Positions 27,211 through 37,964 of a stretch of DNA of 64,000 nt are shown in pieces (the first letter of the stretch is position 1; each line of letters begins with the position of its first letter). Both the position numbers and the translations under genes were made by a program. Location of the stretch: positions 733-64,732 of IMG/VR virus record IMGVR_UViG_3300028800_000097; one strand, written 5' to 3'. The notes beneath the pieces are model-generated. The model was not told the origin of the DNA, did not search any database, and saw only the letters and a list, made by a program, of their open reading frames with translations. The DNA is from a virus. Its lineage: Duplodnaviria > Caudoviricetes.

Positions 27211-29383
27211 GAGGACGGACTACAACCATCCATCGACGGGATCTCTCCGGTCCGCTCTGGCCGCTGCGGCGGCGCTCGGGCGCGGGTCCGATTCGATGTT
27301 GGTCCACGTCAATCCGCGCGAAGCGGCGATGCTGCGGAGGTCCGGTGGGACCGGCGCGCGCAACCCGTTGACAGGCCTACTGGAGTTCGATGGGGGCGGT
27401 GACAACTACGTCGGGCCTCCAGGACAAACAGGCGCTGGTGGTGGTGGGTATCCCGTCTGGCAAAACAGCATCACCGATGCGCCAGCGACCGGCGGCGGCC
27501 CTGACTATCTGACATCTACTTCCCCTGGCGGCTTTACGCCCGTGGCACCAGGAACGAGCGTACCGGATTACGTCTCACAGTATATGGTCGGCGCAAATGG
27601 CGGCGCCCTAACGAGCGCAGGGAAGGACACGAGCCAAGGCACGCTGGGGACATTCGATGTGAACGGCCAGACCAACTACGGCTGGCAATTCTCTGATGGT
27701 TCGTTCGCTCCGGCGTTCCTGCCGACCTCGGGTGAAACTAATACGTCGCTTAATGCACAGCAGCAGTCGGCTCTCTATCCGGCTCCGTTGGCTGGAGAAA
27801 CTCAGCAGAACCAAGCTGGCCTGCCTGTAGCGTGGACAGACACGAACAATGTCCTGACACCGACAGCCGGAACGCTGTCCGACGCGGCATACAACCTGCC
27901 AGGCGAGACGCGGGCGCTCAATGACACGCACGGCGATCCTCTGGCGATGCTCGGATTGCTGGGGCCGGCTCTTGCTCTCGGCGGGATCGGGGCGGGTGCG
28001 TTGGGGTTGATCGGCGGCGGCGCGGCGGCGGGCGCAGATGCTGGTGCTGCCGCTGGCGCGGGCGCCGCGGCCGACGCTGGGGCTGGAGGCATCTTCGACC
28101 TAGGCACTCTGTTGGGGACAAGCCCGGCCGCCACGACTGCCTTGGCGACGGGCGACGTGAGCGGACTTGTGGCTGGCGGCGCGGGTGCGGCGGCTGGCGC
28201 TGGCGCTGGCGCTGGCGCGGCTGGGTCCAACATCTTCGATCTCGGTTCGCTACTCGGAACCGATCCGGCCACAACCAGCGCTCTGGCGACAGGAGATGTG
28301 TCTGGTCTCACCGGCGCTGGCGGATTGGCCGATGCGGGGACCGCGGCAAGCAGCCTTGGCCTGGGTGGCGACAATAGCATCTTCCTCGGCGCAGCAGACC
28401 AGACGGCTGCGGTTCCAGGCGCCGCCGCCCCGGTCGTGCCAGGGAGCAGCCTTCCGCTAACCGCGCCGGCCGTGTCGGCACCTTCCAATCTTGGCGCGGT
28501 CGGCGGAGACTTCGGTCTTGGCGCTGCGGCTGACCCGAGTTCCGGCGTGCTAGGGACAGGCGGAGCGGCGGGGGGCGGAAGCAGTGGTGGCGGCGGCTTT
28601 CTCTCGGGCATAACCGATCCGGTCAACAGCTTCGTCAACAGCAACTCGGGACTGTTCAAGGCCCTCGGCCTCGGGGCATCGGCGCTGTCGCTTGGCGGCG
28701 ATCTCCTGAAGGGAAATCAGGGCGTCACTGGCCTCACCGGCGGGTCGCAACTCAACACCCTGGCCGGTCAGTTGGCGCAACCGGGCGGCATCAACCCGGC
28801 GCAGACGACGGCGCTAACGAACCTCCAGAACACCGCGACCACCCAGAACCAGGGACCGGTTAACACGCTGACCGCTCTCCAGGGGCAGGCGCAGTCGTCC
28901 GGCAACACGCTCCAGAACTACCTGAACACCGGGACGCTGCCGCCGGCGGTTCAGGCAGAGGTGGATCAGGCCACGCAGTCGGCGATCACCGCTATCAAGG
29001 CGGGGTACGCCTCGCGCGGCATTCCTGCGAACTCGTCGATGGAACAGCAGGACATCAACACGGCGAAGCAGAACGCCACGGCGCAGGCTGAGCAACTCAT
29101 GCAGTCGCTGTCGGCGGAAGGCCTGACTGAGCAGCAACTGGCGGCGGCGATCGGGAGTCAGATCACCAGCACCAACACGCAGGGCACGCAGCTCGCCAGC
29201 CAGATCGGTTCGCAGCTCATAAGCAGCGGCTTGAGTGGAGCCGGGATTTCCGAGCAGATATACCAGACCCTCCTGCAAGCCGATCAGAACCAACAGACTC
29301 AGACCGGCAACGCCATCGCGAACCTTGCGAAAGCCTTGGCGGGCGGCACGACCATCAAGCTGGGAGGCGCCACCGCGACCTGA
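27203..29383 (+). CDS. internal virion / DNA ejection protein 1
   Basis: GRGSDSMLVHVNPREAAML...NPLTGLLEF motif; Gly/Ala hydrophobic stretch; two IFDLGxLLGTxPAxTxALATGDVSGL repeats; Gln-rich C-terminus. Confidence 0.7.
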   Translation: MSERTDYNHPSTGSLRSALAAAAALGRGSDSMLVHVNPREAAMLRRSGGTGARNPLTGLLEFDGGGDNYVGPPGQTGAGGGGYPVWQNSITDAPATGGGPDYLTSTSPGGFTPVAPGTSVPDYVSQYMVGANGGALTSAGKDTSQGTLGTFDVNGQTNYGWQFSDGSFAPAFLPTSGETNTSLNAQQQSALYPAPLAGETQQNQAGLPVAWTDTNNVLTPTAGTLSDAAYNLPGETRALNDTHGDPLAMLGLLGPALALGGIGAGALGLIGGGAAAGADAGAAAGAGAAADAGAGGIFDLGTLLGTSPAATTALATGDVSGLVAGGAGAAAGAGAGAGAAGSNIFDLGSLLGTDPATTSALATGDVSGLTGAGGLADAGTAASSLGLGGDNSIFLGAADQTAAVPGAAAPVVPGSSLPLTAPAVSAPSNLGAVGGDFGLGAAADPSSGVLGTGGAAGGGSSGGGGFLSGITDPVNSFVNSNSGLFKALGLGASALSLGGDLLKGNQGVTGLTGGSQLNTLAGQLAQPGGINPAQTTALTNLQNTATTQNQGPVNTLTALQGQAQSSGNTLQNYLNTGTLPPAVQAEVDQATQSAITAIKAGYASRGIPANSSMEQQDINTAKQNATAQAEQLMQSLSAEGLTEQQLAAAIGSQITSTNTQGTQLASQIGSQLISSGLSGAGISEQIYQTLLQADQNQQTQTGNAIANLAKALAGGTTIKLGGATAT

Positions 29384-29384
29384 T

Positions 29385-31379
29385 ATGGCAGACCCCCAGG
29401 CCCTTCCAATCATCGCGCAGGTCGAGAGCGGGAACAGGAACATCCCCGCCAGTCCTGGAATAATGACCGATTCCGGTCAGCCGCAGGGCTACTACCAAAT
29501 CACGCAGGACACATGGAAGGACTTCGCCCCGAAAGCCGGGGTCGATCTGGCGAAGTACAAAGATCCGCTTTCAGCGCCGTGGGACATCCAAGGCAAGGTC
29601 GCCAGCGTCATCCCTTTGCAGCGGTGGGCGCCATCGACGGTCAAGGCGGTCAACGCTATGGGCCTAGACGGCGGCGCGGCCGGCGCGAGCGACGCGCTGG
29701 GGACGAACCGCTACGGCTTCATCAACCCGCTCATCGACAAGATGGAGCAGACCCAGGCCGAGTCAGAAAAGGCAACCGGCCCGATCCGGAAGCGGATGCA
29801 GGATCAACTCGGCGAGGACATGGCGCGCGTCCACAAGGCCGCCGACAACGTTGAACCGGTAGACATCCAAAAATGGACAGTGCCCCCCCCAAAGAATGAC
29901 CCGGTTGACGGGTTCGCCTCGATCGGGGCGATCTTCGCTGGCATAGCTTCAGCGTTCACACACACGCCTGCGATCAACGCGATGAACGGCATGGCCGCGG
30001 CGATCGAGGCCCGCAAGGAAGGCAACGAGACTGCCTACAAGCAGGCCTATCAGGCGTGGAAGGACAACACGGAACTCGCCATCAAACGGAATGAGGTGCA
30101 GTCCAAGGCGTTCACACAGGCTCTCGACCTGATGAATACCGACGTCGCCGCGGGTCACGCTGCGTTGGTGTCGGCGGCGTCGGTCTACGGGGACCAGCAA
30201 GCGCTCCTGGCCGCCGAGGGCGGCCTGTATGGCAAGGTCGCCGACGCGCAGGCCACCCGCGACCGGATGATGATGACGTGGGGCATCCAGATGAAGCGGC
30301 TGGAGGGCGGTGGCACTCCTGGGTCGCCCGGCTACATCACCAACCAACTCTTCAACCAGATCAAGCAAGAGCATCCGGAGATGTCGGATGGGGATGCTTG
30401 GGCAGAGGCCGAAAAGAGGCAGAAGGCCGCCGGGGCTCAGCCAACCGCATCCCATGCGAAAGAGGCAGACGCGGAGACGTTGGCCGCCGCCAAGTTCCGC
30501 GAGGTTAACGGCCGAGACCCTGACCCAAACAACCCTGACGACAAGACGCAACTGGCGAAGCTGCGTGCCGATCAGCGGTCGGGTGCGAGCGCCAAGCCTC
30601 TGACCGAAGAGAACGCAGAGATGCAGGCGCGGTTCTACCTGCGGACTGGCCAACTGCCGTCTGGCTTCGGCGGGCAGGCGGCGAAGAACCAAGTCACACA
30701 GCGTGCGGCCGAAATCGCCCAGCAAGAGGGTAAGTCGGTCGACGATTACCTGTCCGGCCGGGCATCGCTGCGGGCCGACACAGCTTCCCTCGCGGCCGTC
30801 ACGAAGCAGAAGAACGCCGCGGAGGGCTACGAGCGCGGCGCGGTGAAGTCGCTCGACCTCATGCAGAGCCTGATCCCGAAGACGCCGGAGCCGCTCGACA
30901 ATCAGACCCTGACGCGTTGGGCCAGGACCGGAGCCACCGAGTTCGGCGACGTGGACGTGCCGCAGTGGCAGGCCGCGCTGATCGTGGCGCTGGACCAGTA
31001 CGCCAAGGTGATCTCGGGCGCGACCGGTGCGCAGGGATCGACCGATTCGGCGCGATATCTGGCGCTATCGCTGATCCCTGCCGGCGCGACATCGGCGCAG
31101 ATCCCGAAGATCATCAACGTGCTGAAGAAAGACATGGACCTAAAGGTCCAGGGCTACGACACGCAGATCAACGACATCAGGCGAGGGATCGCCTATCCTG
31201 ACCAGAACACGGCCACGCCAGTCACGAGCGGCACGACGCCTGCCAAGACTGAAGGCGCCATGCCGCCTGTGCCGCCGGCGCTGACCGGGAAGCCACTTCA
31301 GTGGAGCCCGTCGCTCAAGCAATGGCGGGATAAGTCTTCCGGCAAGGTCTACGACGCCGACGGAAACCCGGGTGGCTGA
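29385..31379 (+). CDS. ejection protein 2 with N-terminal lytic transglycosylase-like domain
   Basis: IAQVESG...GYYQITQDTW lysozyme-fold motifs followed by a long helical region. Confidence 0.75.
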   Translation: MADPQALPIIAQVESGNRNIPASPGIMTDSGQPQGYYQITQDTWKDFAPKAGVDLAKYKDPLSAPWDIQGKVASVIPLQRWAPSTVKAVNAMGLDGGAAGASDALGTNRYGFINPLIDKMEQTQAESEKATGPIRKRMQDQLGEDMARVHKAADNVEPVDIQKWTVPPPKNDPVDGFASIGAIFAGIASAFTHTPAINAMNGMAAAIEARKEGNETAYKQAYQAWKDNTELAIKRNEVQSKAFTQALDLMNTDVAAGHAALVSAASVYGDQQALLAAEGGLYGKVADAQATRDRMMMTWGIQMKRLEGGGTPGSPGYITNQLFNQIKQEHPEMSDGDAWAEAEKRQKAAGAQPTASHAKEADAETLAAAKFREVNGRDPDPNNPDDKTQLAKLRADQRSGASAKPLTEENAEMQARFYLRTGQLPSGFGGQAAKNQVTQRAAEIAQQEGKSVDDYLSGRASLRADTASLAAVTKQKNAAEGYERGAVKSLDLMQSLIPKTPEPLDNQTLTRWARTGATEFGDVDVPQWQAALIVALDQYAKVISGATGAQGSTDSARYLALSLIPAGATSAQIPKIINVLKKDMDLKVQGYDTQINDIRRGIAYPDQNTATPVTSGTTPAKTEGAMPPVPPALTGKPLQWSPSLKQWRDKSSGKVYDADGNPGG

Positions 31380-33304
31380 TGGCAAACGATTGGATCGACG
31401 TTCCGTCAGCGACTGCTCCTGCGGCACCAAAAGTCGGCGGTGATACACCTGCTGGCGGCGGCGATTGGGTTGACGTTGCACCGGCAAAATCCACGAGCGT
31501 CGGTGGGCTGGCCGCAAGCGCCACGCGCGGCGTAGCGCCCTACGCGGCTGGCGCAGGCATTGGCGCAGGCATTGGCGCATTGGCAGGGGGAGTCGGAGCC
31601 ATCCCCGGGGCGGCGGTCGGCGCTGGCGCCGTAGCCTTGGCTGACACAGCGATAGGCATCTGGAACCCGATAGCCGAGCGCCTAGGCTTGCCGCGCGCAG
31701 GAACTGCCCAGGAGGCTACCGACAAACTCTTGGATTTCGTCGGCGAGAAGCGGCCGGAGACCGGCATCGAGCGCGAGACAGAGGCTCTCACAGGAGGTGC
31801 CGCTGGCGCGTTGTCTGGGGCGGGCGCCGCACGGCAGGCCGCCCAGTCGCTGACCGGGACGGCAGGTGGGGTTGCAAAGCAACTGGCTGCCAGGCCGGTC
31901 GGCCAAGCCGTATCCGGCGCGTCCGGCGCCGTCGCGTCCCAGACCGCGGCTGAACTAGGGGCGGGGCAGACCACACAGCAGATCGCCGGCCTTATCGGCA
32001 GCGCCGCGCCCTACGGAGCGACAAGGCTGGCCACGGGTAGCGCATCCAAGATCAACGCCTCGGACAACGCCAAGCGCGCGATCGGCGCTGGGTTTGCCCT
32101 CCCGCCTGCGGAAGCATCCGAAGGGCACATCGGCGAGGTGAACCTGCCCAACATGGCAGCCGGCGAGGCCGGGAAGATCAAGCTTGGCCAACTCGCTGCG
32201 GCGAAGAACCAGCCACTGGTCAACCTCTATGCTCAAAAGGAACTTGGCGTCGACCCAGGGACGCCGCTCATGCCAGAGCAATTCAAGGCCGTCCGCTCGC
32301 GTGAGGGTCAGGTGTACAACGAGGTGACGCAAGCGGTTCCCGAAGTCGACCTCGCGCGCGATCCGACGTTTGTCGCAGAGGCCAAGAAGGTCGGGTCGCC
32401 GTCAGCCGAGACCGAGCGGCTATTTCCCAGCACCACGGAACCCCCCGGCGTCAAGGCGCTTCGGGAGGAGCTCGTTGCTCACGCAAGAGGCGATACAAAA
32501 GCGGTGATGAACTACATCGCCGACCTACGGTTTCGGGCGACCAAGAACTTCCAGACGCCGGGCAATGCGATGGCCCACCGAGAGGGCGCCGCTCAACGCG
32601 AGGCCGCCGGCGTGTTGGAAGACGCTATGGAGCGAAGTGTTCAGAACGCACCGAATTACTACCAGGAGAAGCTTGATCAAGCGATTGCCAAGCGCGCCGA
32701 AGCCACAGCAGACCTGAACTACGCACACCCGTCCACGGTGACGGCTGTCGGGGGCGAGATCGAGGGGGTTCGTAATCGTGTCGCGCAGGCAAACGCCGAG
32801 GTAAACCGATGGACAGCAGCGCTGAAGAACGCCGAGAACAAGAACGCCGAGAATCAGACGCTGGTCGATCGGTTCCGCGATGCACGCCGAAACATGGCGA
32901 AGTCTTACGACGTGGAAGCCGTGACGAACCCCAGCACGGGAGACGTGAGCGCAACCGGGCTCGGACGTCTGCTGAAGCAAGGCAAGCCTCTGACGGGAAA
33001 CCTGAAGCTTATTGCCGACAGCGCGAACAGCTTCCAGAGGGCGTTCCAGAACCCCGCGGCATTCGGTGGGGTGGAGCCTCTCAGCGTTTTCGATGCCGCC
33101 GCCGCCGGTGGGATGGCGCTATCCGGACATCCCTTGGCCGCCGCCTCCGTGATCGCTAGGCCGTGGCTCCGGGGACGGGTTCTTTCTCCTGGCTACCAGC
33201 AACGCATGATCGCCCCCCCAGGAGAACCCTCGCCGCTGCCGATGCTGCTAAGTCCTGGGTTCTCGCCGAATCCTTACGACGCCCTCGGGATCAAGCCGCC
33301 ATGA
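31379..33304 (+). CDS. ejection protein 3
   Basis: DWIDV/DWVDV N-terminal repeats, glycine-zipper segments, helical body. Confidence 0.7.
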   Translation: MANDWIDVPSATAPAAPKVGGDTPAGGGDWVDVAPAKSTSVGGLAASATRGVAPYAAGAGIGAGIGALAGGVGAIPGAAVGAGAVALADTAIGIWNPIAERLGLPRAGTAQEATDKLLDFVGEKRPETGIERETEALTGGAAGALSGAGAARQAAQSLTGTAGGVAKQLAARPVGQAVSGASGAVASQTAAELGAGQTTQQIAGLIGSAAPYGATRLATGSASKINASDNAKRAIGAGFALPPAEASEGHIGEVNLPNMAAGEAGKIKLGQLAAAKNQPLVNLYAQKELGVDPGTPLMPEQFKAVRSREGQVYNEVTQAVPEVDLARDPTFVAEAKKVGSPSAETERLFPSTTEPPGVKALREELVAHARGDTKAVMNYIADLRFRATKNFQTPGNAMAHREGAAQREAAGVLEDAMERSVQNAPNYYQEKLDQAIAKRAEATADLNYAHPSTVTAVGGEIEGVRNRVAQANAEVNRWTAALKNAENKNAENQTLVDRFRDARRNMAKSYDVEAVTNPSTGDVSATGLGRLLKQGKPLTGNLKLIADSANSFQRAFQNPAAFGGVEPLSVFDAAAAGGMALSGHPLAAASVIARPWLRGRVLSPGYQQRMIAPPGEPSPLPMLLSPGFSPNPYDALGIKPP

Positions 33305-33525
33305 GCGCCCTGAAAGACCTGGAAGCCACGCTGATCCAACAGGCGAGCACCCTCCTGGCGAACTGCAAGCCGGAAGAGAAGCTCGACGTGTTCAAGGCGG
33401 TGTCGGCGTTCTTCCTCGGGCTCGACAAGCAGGCCGGCAAGGCGCCTCCGCCACCCAGCGGCAACAGCAAGTTCTCGGACATCAAGGCTCGCGCTCGCGC
33501 GGGCGAAATAGAGGGACACGCATAA
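33301..33525 (+). CDS. hypothetical protein
   Basis: ATGA-coupled ORF. Confidence 0.6.
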   Translation: MSALKDLEATLIQQASTLLANCKPEEKLDVFKAVSAFFLGLDKQAGKAPPPPSGNSKFSDIKARARAGEIEGHA

Positions 33526-33836
33526 TGAGTGGAACCAGGCAACGCGGCTTCAACGTGGTCGAGCAGGCCGAGGTGCCGCCGCCGCCACCAGCCGCAGACG
33601 TGCAGCCCCCGGCCGCCTTCATGTTCCAGGCGCGCGCGATCGCGATGGGCCTCCAGGTGCTTAGCCAGAAGGCGCTGGTCGGCCTGTCAGCGCTGTTCAC
33701 CGCGGCGCTGGTGGCCTCGGCGTGGCTGCTGTGGTGGAGCGTCCTGCCAAGCCCCACGACACCCCAACTGGTCGGTCTGGGTGGATATGCGGTGTTCGTG
33801 CTGCTAGTCGAGATCGTGCGTCGTAGGAGTGCCTGA
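33525..33836 (+). CDS. two-TM membrane protein
   Basis: two hydrophobic helices and a basic C-terminus. Confidence 0.65.
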   Translation: MSGTRQRGFNVVEQAEVPPPPPAADVQPPAAFMFQARAIAMGLQVLSQKALVGLSALFTAALVASAWLLWWSVLPSPTTPQLVGLGGYAVFVLLVEIVRRRSA

Positions 33837-35884
33837 TGCCATTCGACTCCAGGGATGCCGTTTATATCCCCGCGGAGGATTTGACTCCGGGGATGAAGAT
33901 CGCGCTGTACTCAAGTGTTTATCCGGATGCAGGTTGGTCCCTGGATACGACGCTGGGCGATATATTAGACTTCCTGTCGCCCCCCACGCTGGATCTAAAT
34001 GTTCAGACTGTATATACTGGCGGGCGCGTTGATCTCACTAAATGTGCGATAGATGTGACGCAAACCGCCACCGGCAGTTCGGCGGGGCTGGACTGGATTC
34101 CGCTCAACAGCTTTACGATCAGCAGTGATACGCTGGACGTTAATCCGCCAGTTAACACCATTTACTCTTTCAACGCGCAAATTGATGTCGCGGTGCTGAC
34201 CATCAACTCGGCAATCGTAGGCGCCCCGAAATTTACTGTTACCGCTTCGATATCCGGCACTGTCCTGACCCTATCGGCTCCGGTCACCGGAGGCACTGTT
34301 ACCGCCGGGTTGACTGTCTTTTGGAACGCGGGCGCCAACAGCGGCACCATCCAAAGCGGCGGTGGTAGTGGTGGGACCACCTATAATCTCGACGCCAATT
34401 ATGGAACCGTCACCTCTCAGTCCATGACGATGATCGGTCCGGCGCCTGGGAATCTGTTGTCATGGGACAGCGGCGATCCAGACAATCCGAACATTGCAAC
34501 TATTGCTGGATATACATTAACGCCTAATCATTGGAACCTGACGGCGACTGCCGGCCCTGTTCCCAATATGCCCATGCAGATCGTCAAGAATGGCGGTCCT
34601 CAGCAGCAGGCCATCGGCTGGAATTTCAATCATTTTTATGGCGGCGGAAATGCGTCGGGGAACCGCACATCTATCCGCCTTCAGGTAACCCAGGCCGGGG
34701 CGATGCCGGCGGGGACCAACGGCACCCAAGGCATGATTATTGGCAATTCAGCCCGGTTCCCATTTGGCGGGACCGATCTGTGGGCTGGCGCCTGGGGCGG
34801 CGCGTTGGGGTTCGGGACTTATATGAACATGGTAAAGCCGGTCTTCACCCCGGTTGGCAGCCCAGGGGCGGTTAATTGGCGCGGCTTGGCTGCCTGCGAG
34901 TTTGATTACACCTGTGCGTCGGGCGCTCCGGATGATCCGGCCTATCCGCGGGCGAGCGTAGGCGCGTTTGGCGGGATCACCGTCAATCGCCTTGGCAACA
35001 CCCAATGGAACACGCCAGTTTGGGAGGCCGATTTCGGCATCGCCGTGGGCCAGGGCGCCTCCTACGTCCGGGACGGCAGCGGGAACATTGTTCCTCCCAA
35101 GCTGGCGAGATTTGGCTATCGCTTTAGTGCTCCCCCAGGGGTTTGGCCTATTGATATGCTGGTCGGCCGCGGCATGGGGGCGGCTTTCGGCCTTCAGGTT
35201 TTCAACAACGACGGAACGCCTGGTCTCTATCCGAACAAAGGGCGGCATGGCATTGACTGGTATAACGTCGATTGGACTGGAACGCAGTTTAGGGGGCAGG
35301 GCTTCTCTATCGTTGGAAGCGGCGGTCCGTTCTCGATCCCCGGTGCTGTCCAGGTAGGTGGCGGCTATCTTTCTGCCAGTGCTACCACGATATCGCTCGA
35401 TACGGCTGGCAGCATGTGCTCTGCGGCGGCTGTGTCGAATGGGGGAGCAGTCCTGTTCCCTGGCCTCCCGTTGATCCATGACGACACGGGTACCATCTGC
35501 ATAGTCACTGCGGTTGATAATGCAGTGCGGCCAGGGTTTGGTGCTGCGACCGCGGTGTTTTTAATCGCGAACACTGGTCGCGCGGTTCAAAGCCAGATCC
35601 CGTCAAATCCAGTGACCTTCCGCGCGGCGACTGTGTGGTCTCAGCGCTACCCGGCGCCGGGGCCAACCAATCCGACGCTGACGCTGACGTGGACGCAGCC
35701 GACTATCCTTGCGTTACAGCCTGGTGGCGGCACTGTTCAGGTGGGGTCTGGCTGCATTGCTGCCAACGCTAGTGTGGCGACAGTGTTGGGGAGTGTCGGG
35801 CCTGTTGGTTCACATACGACGGTCCAGGAATGGATCGCGATCAAGAACGCCAGCGGGACGACCCGCTATATCCCAGCCTTTTGA
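33836..35884 (+). CDS. tail fibre/spike protein (no signal peptide)
   Basis: 682 aa, Gly/Thr-rich; C-terminal WIAIKNASGTTRYIPAF fibre-type end. Confidence 0.75.
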   Translation: MPFDSRDAVYIPAEDLTPGMKIALYSSVYPDAGWSLDTTLGDILDFLSPPTLDLNVQTVYTGGRVDLTKCAIDVTQTATGSSAGLDWIPLNSFTISSDTLDVNPPVNTIYSFNAQIDVAVLTINSAIVGAPKFTVTASISGTVLTLSAPVTGGTVTAGLTVFWNAGANSGTIQSGGGSGGTTYNLDANYGTVTSQSMTMIGPAPGNLLSWDSGDPDNPNIATIAGYTLTPNHWNLTATAGPVPNMPMQIVKNGGPQQQAIGWNFNHFYGGGNASGNRTSIRLQVTQAGAMPAGTNGTQGMIIGNSARFPFGGTDLWAGAWGGALGFGTYMNMVKPVFTPVGSPGAVNWRGLAACEFDYTCASGAPDDPAYPRASVGAFGGITVNRLGNTQWNTPVWEADFGIAVGQGASYVRDGSGNIVPPKLARFGYRFSAPPGVWPIDMLVGRGMGAAFGLQVFNNDGTPGLYPNKGRHGIDWYNVDWTGTQFRGQGFSIVGSGGPFSIPGAVQVGGGYLSASATTISLDTAGSMCSAAAVSNGGAVLFPGLPLIHDDTGTICIVTAVDNAVRPGFGAATAVFLIANTGRAVQSQIPSNPVTFRAATVWSQRYPAPGPTNPTLTLTWTQPTILALQPGGGTVQVGSGCIAANASVATVLGSVGPVGSHTTVQEWIAIKNASGTTRYIPAF

Positions 35885-35894
35885 GGAGCTAATT

Positions 35895-36107
35895 GTGGAC
35901 CAAAACTTCGCCCCGCCTCCCCAGCAACGGCAGAAGGTCGACCCTGATCTTCCCCTCTCAGTGATCATTCCGGCGAAGGAGTGGGCAGTCATCTGTGGCG
36001 ACATCCACGATGGCATCGAACGCCGGGCTAACTTGTTGAAAAACATCAACGAGCAGCTTGTCGCCCAAACAACCCAGCACGAGCCGGGATCAGGGGAGTT
36101 GCGCTAA
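35895..36107 (+). CDS. small helical protein, putative fibre chaperone
   Basis: GAGGAG SD, GTG start, directly after the fibre gene. Confidence 0.6.
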   Translation: MDQNFAPPPQQRQKVDPDLPLSVIIPAKEWAVICGDIHDGIERRANLLKNINEQLVAQTTQHEPGSGELR

Positions 36108-37964
36108 ATGCGAACGCTTGCGGTCCTGCTGTGCCTGTCTCTGGCGGCGCCTGCCGCGGCCCAGGTGCGCCAATCAGGATCGGTGTCCCCTGGCCACTCA
36201 ACGTTCTGGGTGACATCTGGCATCGTCGGGGACGCGGGCACGTCTACCTCGCCAAACGGCCTGACAACGCTCGGTCTTACAGCGCCAGGCACCACCCCAT
36301 TCTGCATCAACAACGGACCAACGACGGGGGCGTATTCCGCCCTGTGCCTCGGCATAAACCCCTCTGATGGCCACGCTACCATGACGGTAAACGCGTTCGG
36401 CGGCGCTACTCCACTCGGGTTGGATTTCAGCATGAACGGCAATCTCTCGTCGTTCAGCATCGGGGCGAACGGAGTTCCTAACATTGGTGCGGTCTCACTC
36501 AACCCGCTGATCGTTGGCACGCCGCCCAACAACATCCTGACGGTCGCGCCAGGGGCCACTAGCACCGCCCCGATAGCGTTCTCCCAGAGCGGAACGGGAG
36601 GCATGAGTTTCCCCGCACTAGATATCGGCAATGCCGGCTCGGTTGTCTGGACCGATGCCTCCTCTCCACGCGACGTGGATATCCATCAGCAGTGGACCGG
36701 AACGTCAACGCTATCCGGGTCCCTGATGTTGAACAGCGTCCTGACGCGGGATGCAATTTCTTATCCGACAACAAACCAGTACATATCTACCTTTGATGTC
36801 ACGCAGCAGTTCGGCGGCACTTCCTCAACAGGGACGCATATCGCGTTGAATGTGCTTAGCCAGCAAACAGCAGCGACAGGCAACTTTGCGGCGGGCGGAG
36901 AATTCAACGCTGTCGGTGCTTTTCTGGGGTCCGTTGTTTCCTTTAATGAAGGGGGAACCAGCTTTAACAATGGCGGTCACAGTGGGACTTTGTTTGGATT
37001 CAACCCGGCGGTCACGATGAACAGTGGGGCAACGTTCTTCAGCGAGGCTTCTGCAAGCGAATTTAACCTAAACATTAAGTCTGGCGCATCAGTATTCGTG
37101 AAATACGGCGTTGGTATAGTCAAGGAAGCTACTGACGCGGTACAAGGCGCTTCTGGCCTGGACGCGGCGGTCAGCATGAGCGACCAGATCGGGGCGGTGC
37201 CCTGGTTCTATGGCGTGCAGTTCGGAAATGAGGGAGGCCAGTGGCCATTCGACACGAGTGCCGTGTTGATCGGATCGCGTCTTAACTCGCAGTTTGCCGC
37301 CGTTATTGGAGCCGCGAAATGGGACATTGATTTCCTATCCAACACGACCAGCAAGGGGTTAATCCAAGGCCCGAATTTCCATGTCAACTCTACGGGTATC
37401 ACCCGCGTTGGGTTCGGCGCTTTGAAACCTGACTCGGCCGGCATGGTGATAACCGCGGACGGTCTACAAGCCGCCACTGCAACGATCGCGGCGGCAGGAA
37501 CAGGCTACGGGGTCGGCTACGTTTACGATGTAAACGGCAACATCTGGCACATTGACAGCGTGAATGGCAGCGGCGGTATTACCGGCGTGACCATCTTCCA
37601 GGCTGTTCAGACAGCAACAGCGACCACACCAATTGCGATGGCGCCGATACCTTACAATTTAGGTGCAACCGGCGGATCTCTGACGGTGGCATATGCCTCG
37701 GGGACCACGATCAAAATACAACCCACGTCTGCCGGCGAGACGGTCGTGGGAGGAACGCAACTGCCAGCACTCAACGCCACAACCGGGTTCTTCCACTTTC
37801 CATTCACCAACGCGACCTCTGGCTCGGGCGGTATCCCGACCGGAACGCCGGCGAATATCTTCGGAAATGCCTGCGTATGGAATGACGTTACGTTCGTTCT
37901 GAACTGTTACAGTGCCAGCGCGGGGGCGTGGAAGCACGTTTCGTTCAGCGCCAGCGCCGGCTGA
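36108..37964 (+). CDS. signal-peptide-bearing fibre/spike protein (paralog of 33836-35884)
   Basis: MRTLAVLLCLSLAAPAAA|Q; colinear motifs shared with the 33836 ORF. Confidence 0.75.
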   Translation: MRTLAVLLCLSLAAPAAAQVRQSGSVSPGHSTFWVTSGIVGDAGTSTSPNGLTTLGLTAPGTTPFCINNGPTTGAYSALCLGINPSDGHATMTVNAFGGATPLGLDFSMNGNLSSFSIGANGVPNIGAVSLNPLIVGTPPNNILTVAPGATSTAPIAFSQSGTGGMSFPALDIGNAGSVVWTDASSPRDVDIHQQWTGTSTLSGSLMLNSVLTRDAISYPTTNQYISTFDVTQQFGGTSSTGTHIALNVLSQQTAATGNFAAGGEFNAVGAFLGSVVSFNEGGTSFNNGGHSGTLFGFNPAVTMNSGATFFSEASASEFNLNIKSGASVFVKYGVGIVKEATDAVQGASGLDAAVSMSDQIGAVPWFYGVQFGNEGGQWPFDTSAVLIGSRLNSQFAAVIGAAKWDIDFLSNTTSKGLIQGPNFHVNSTGITRVGFGALKPDSAGMVITADGLQAATATIAAAGTGYGVGYVYDVNGNIWHIDSVNGSGGITGVTIFQAVQTATATTPIAMAPIPYNLGATGGSLTVAYASGTTIKIQPTSAGETVVGGTQLPALNATTGFFHFPFTNATSGSGGIPTGTPANIFGNACVWNDVTFVLNCYSASAGAWKHVSFSASAG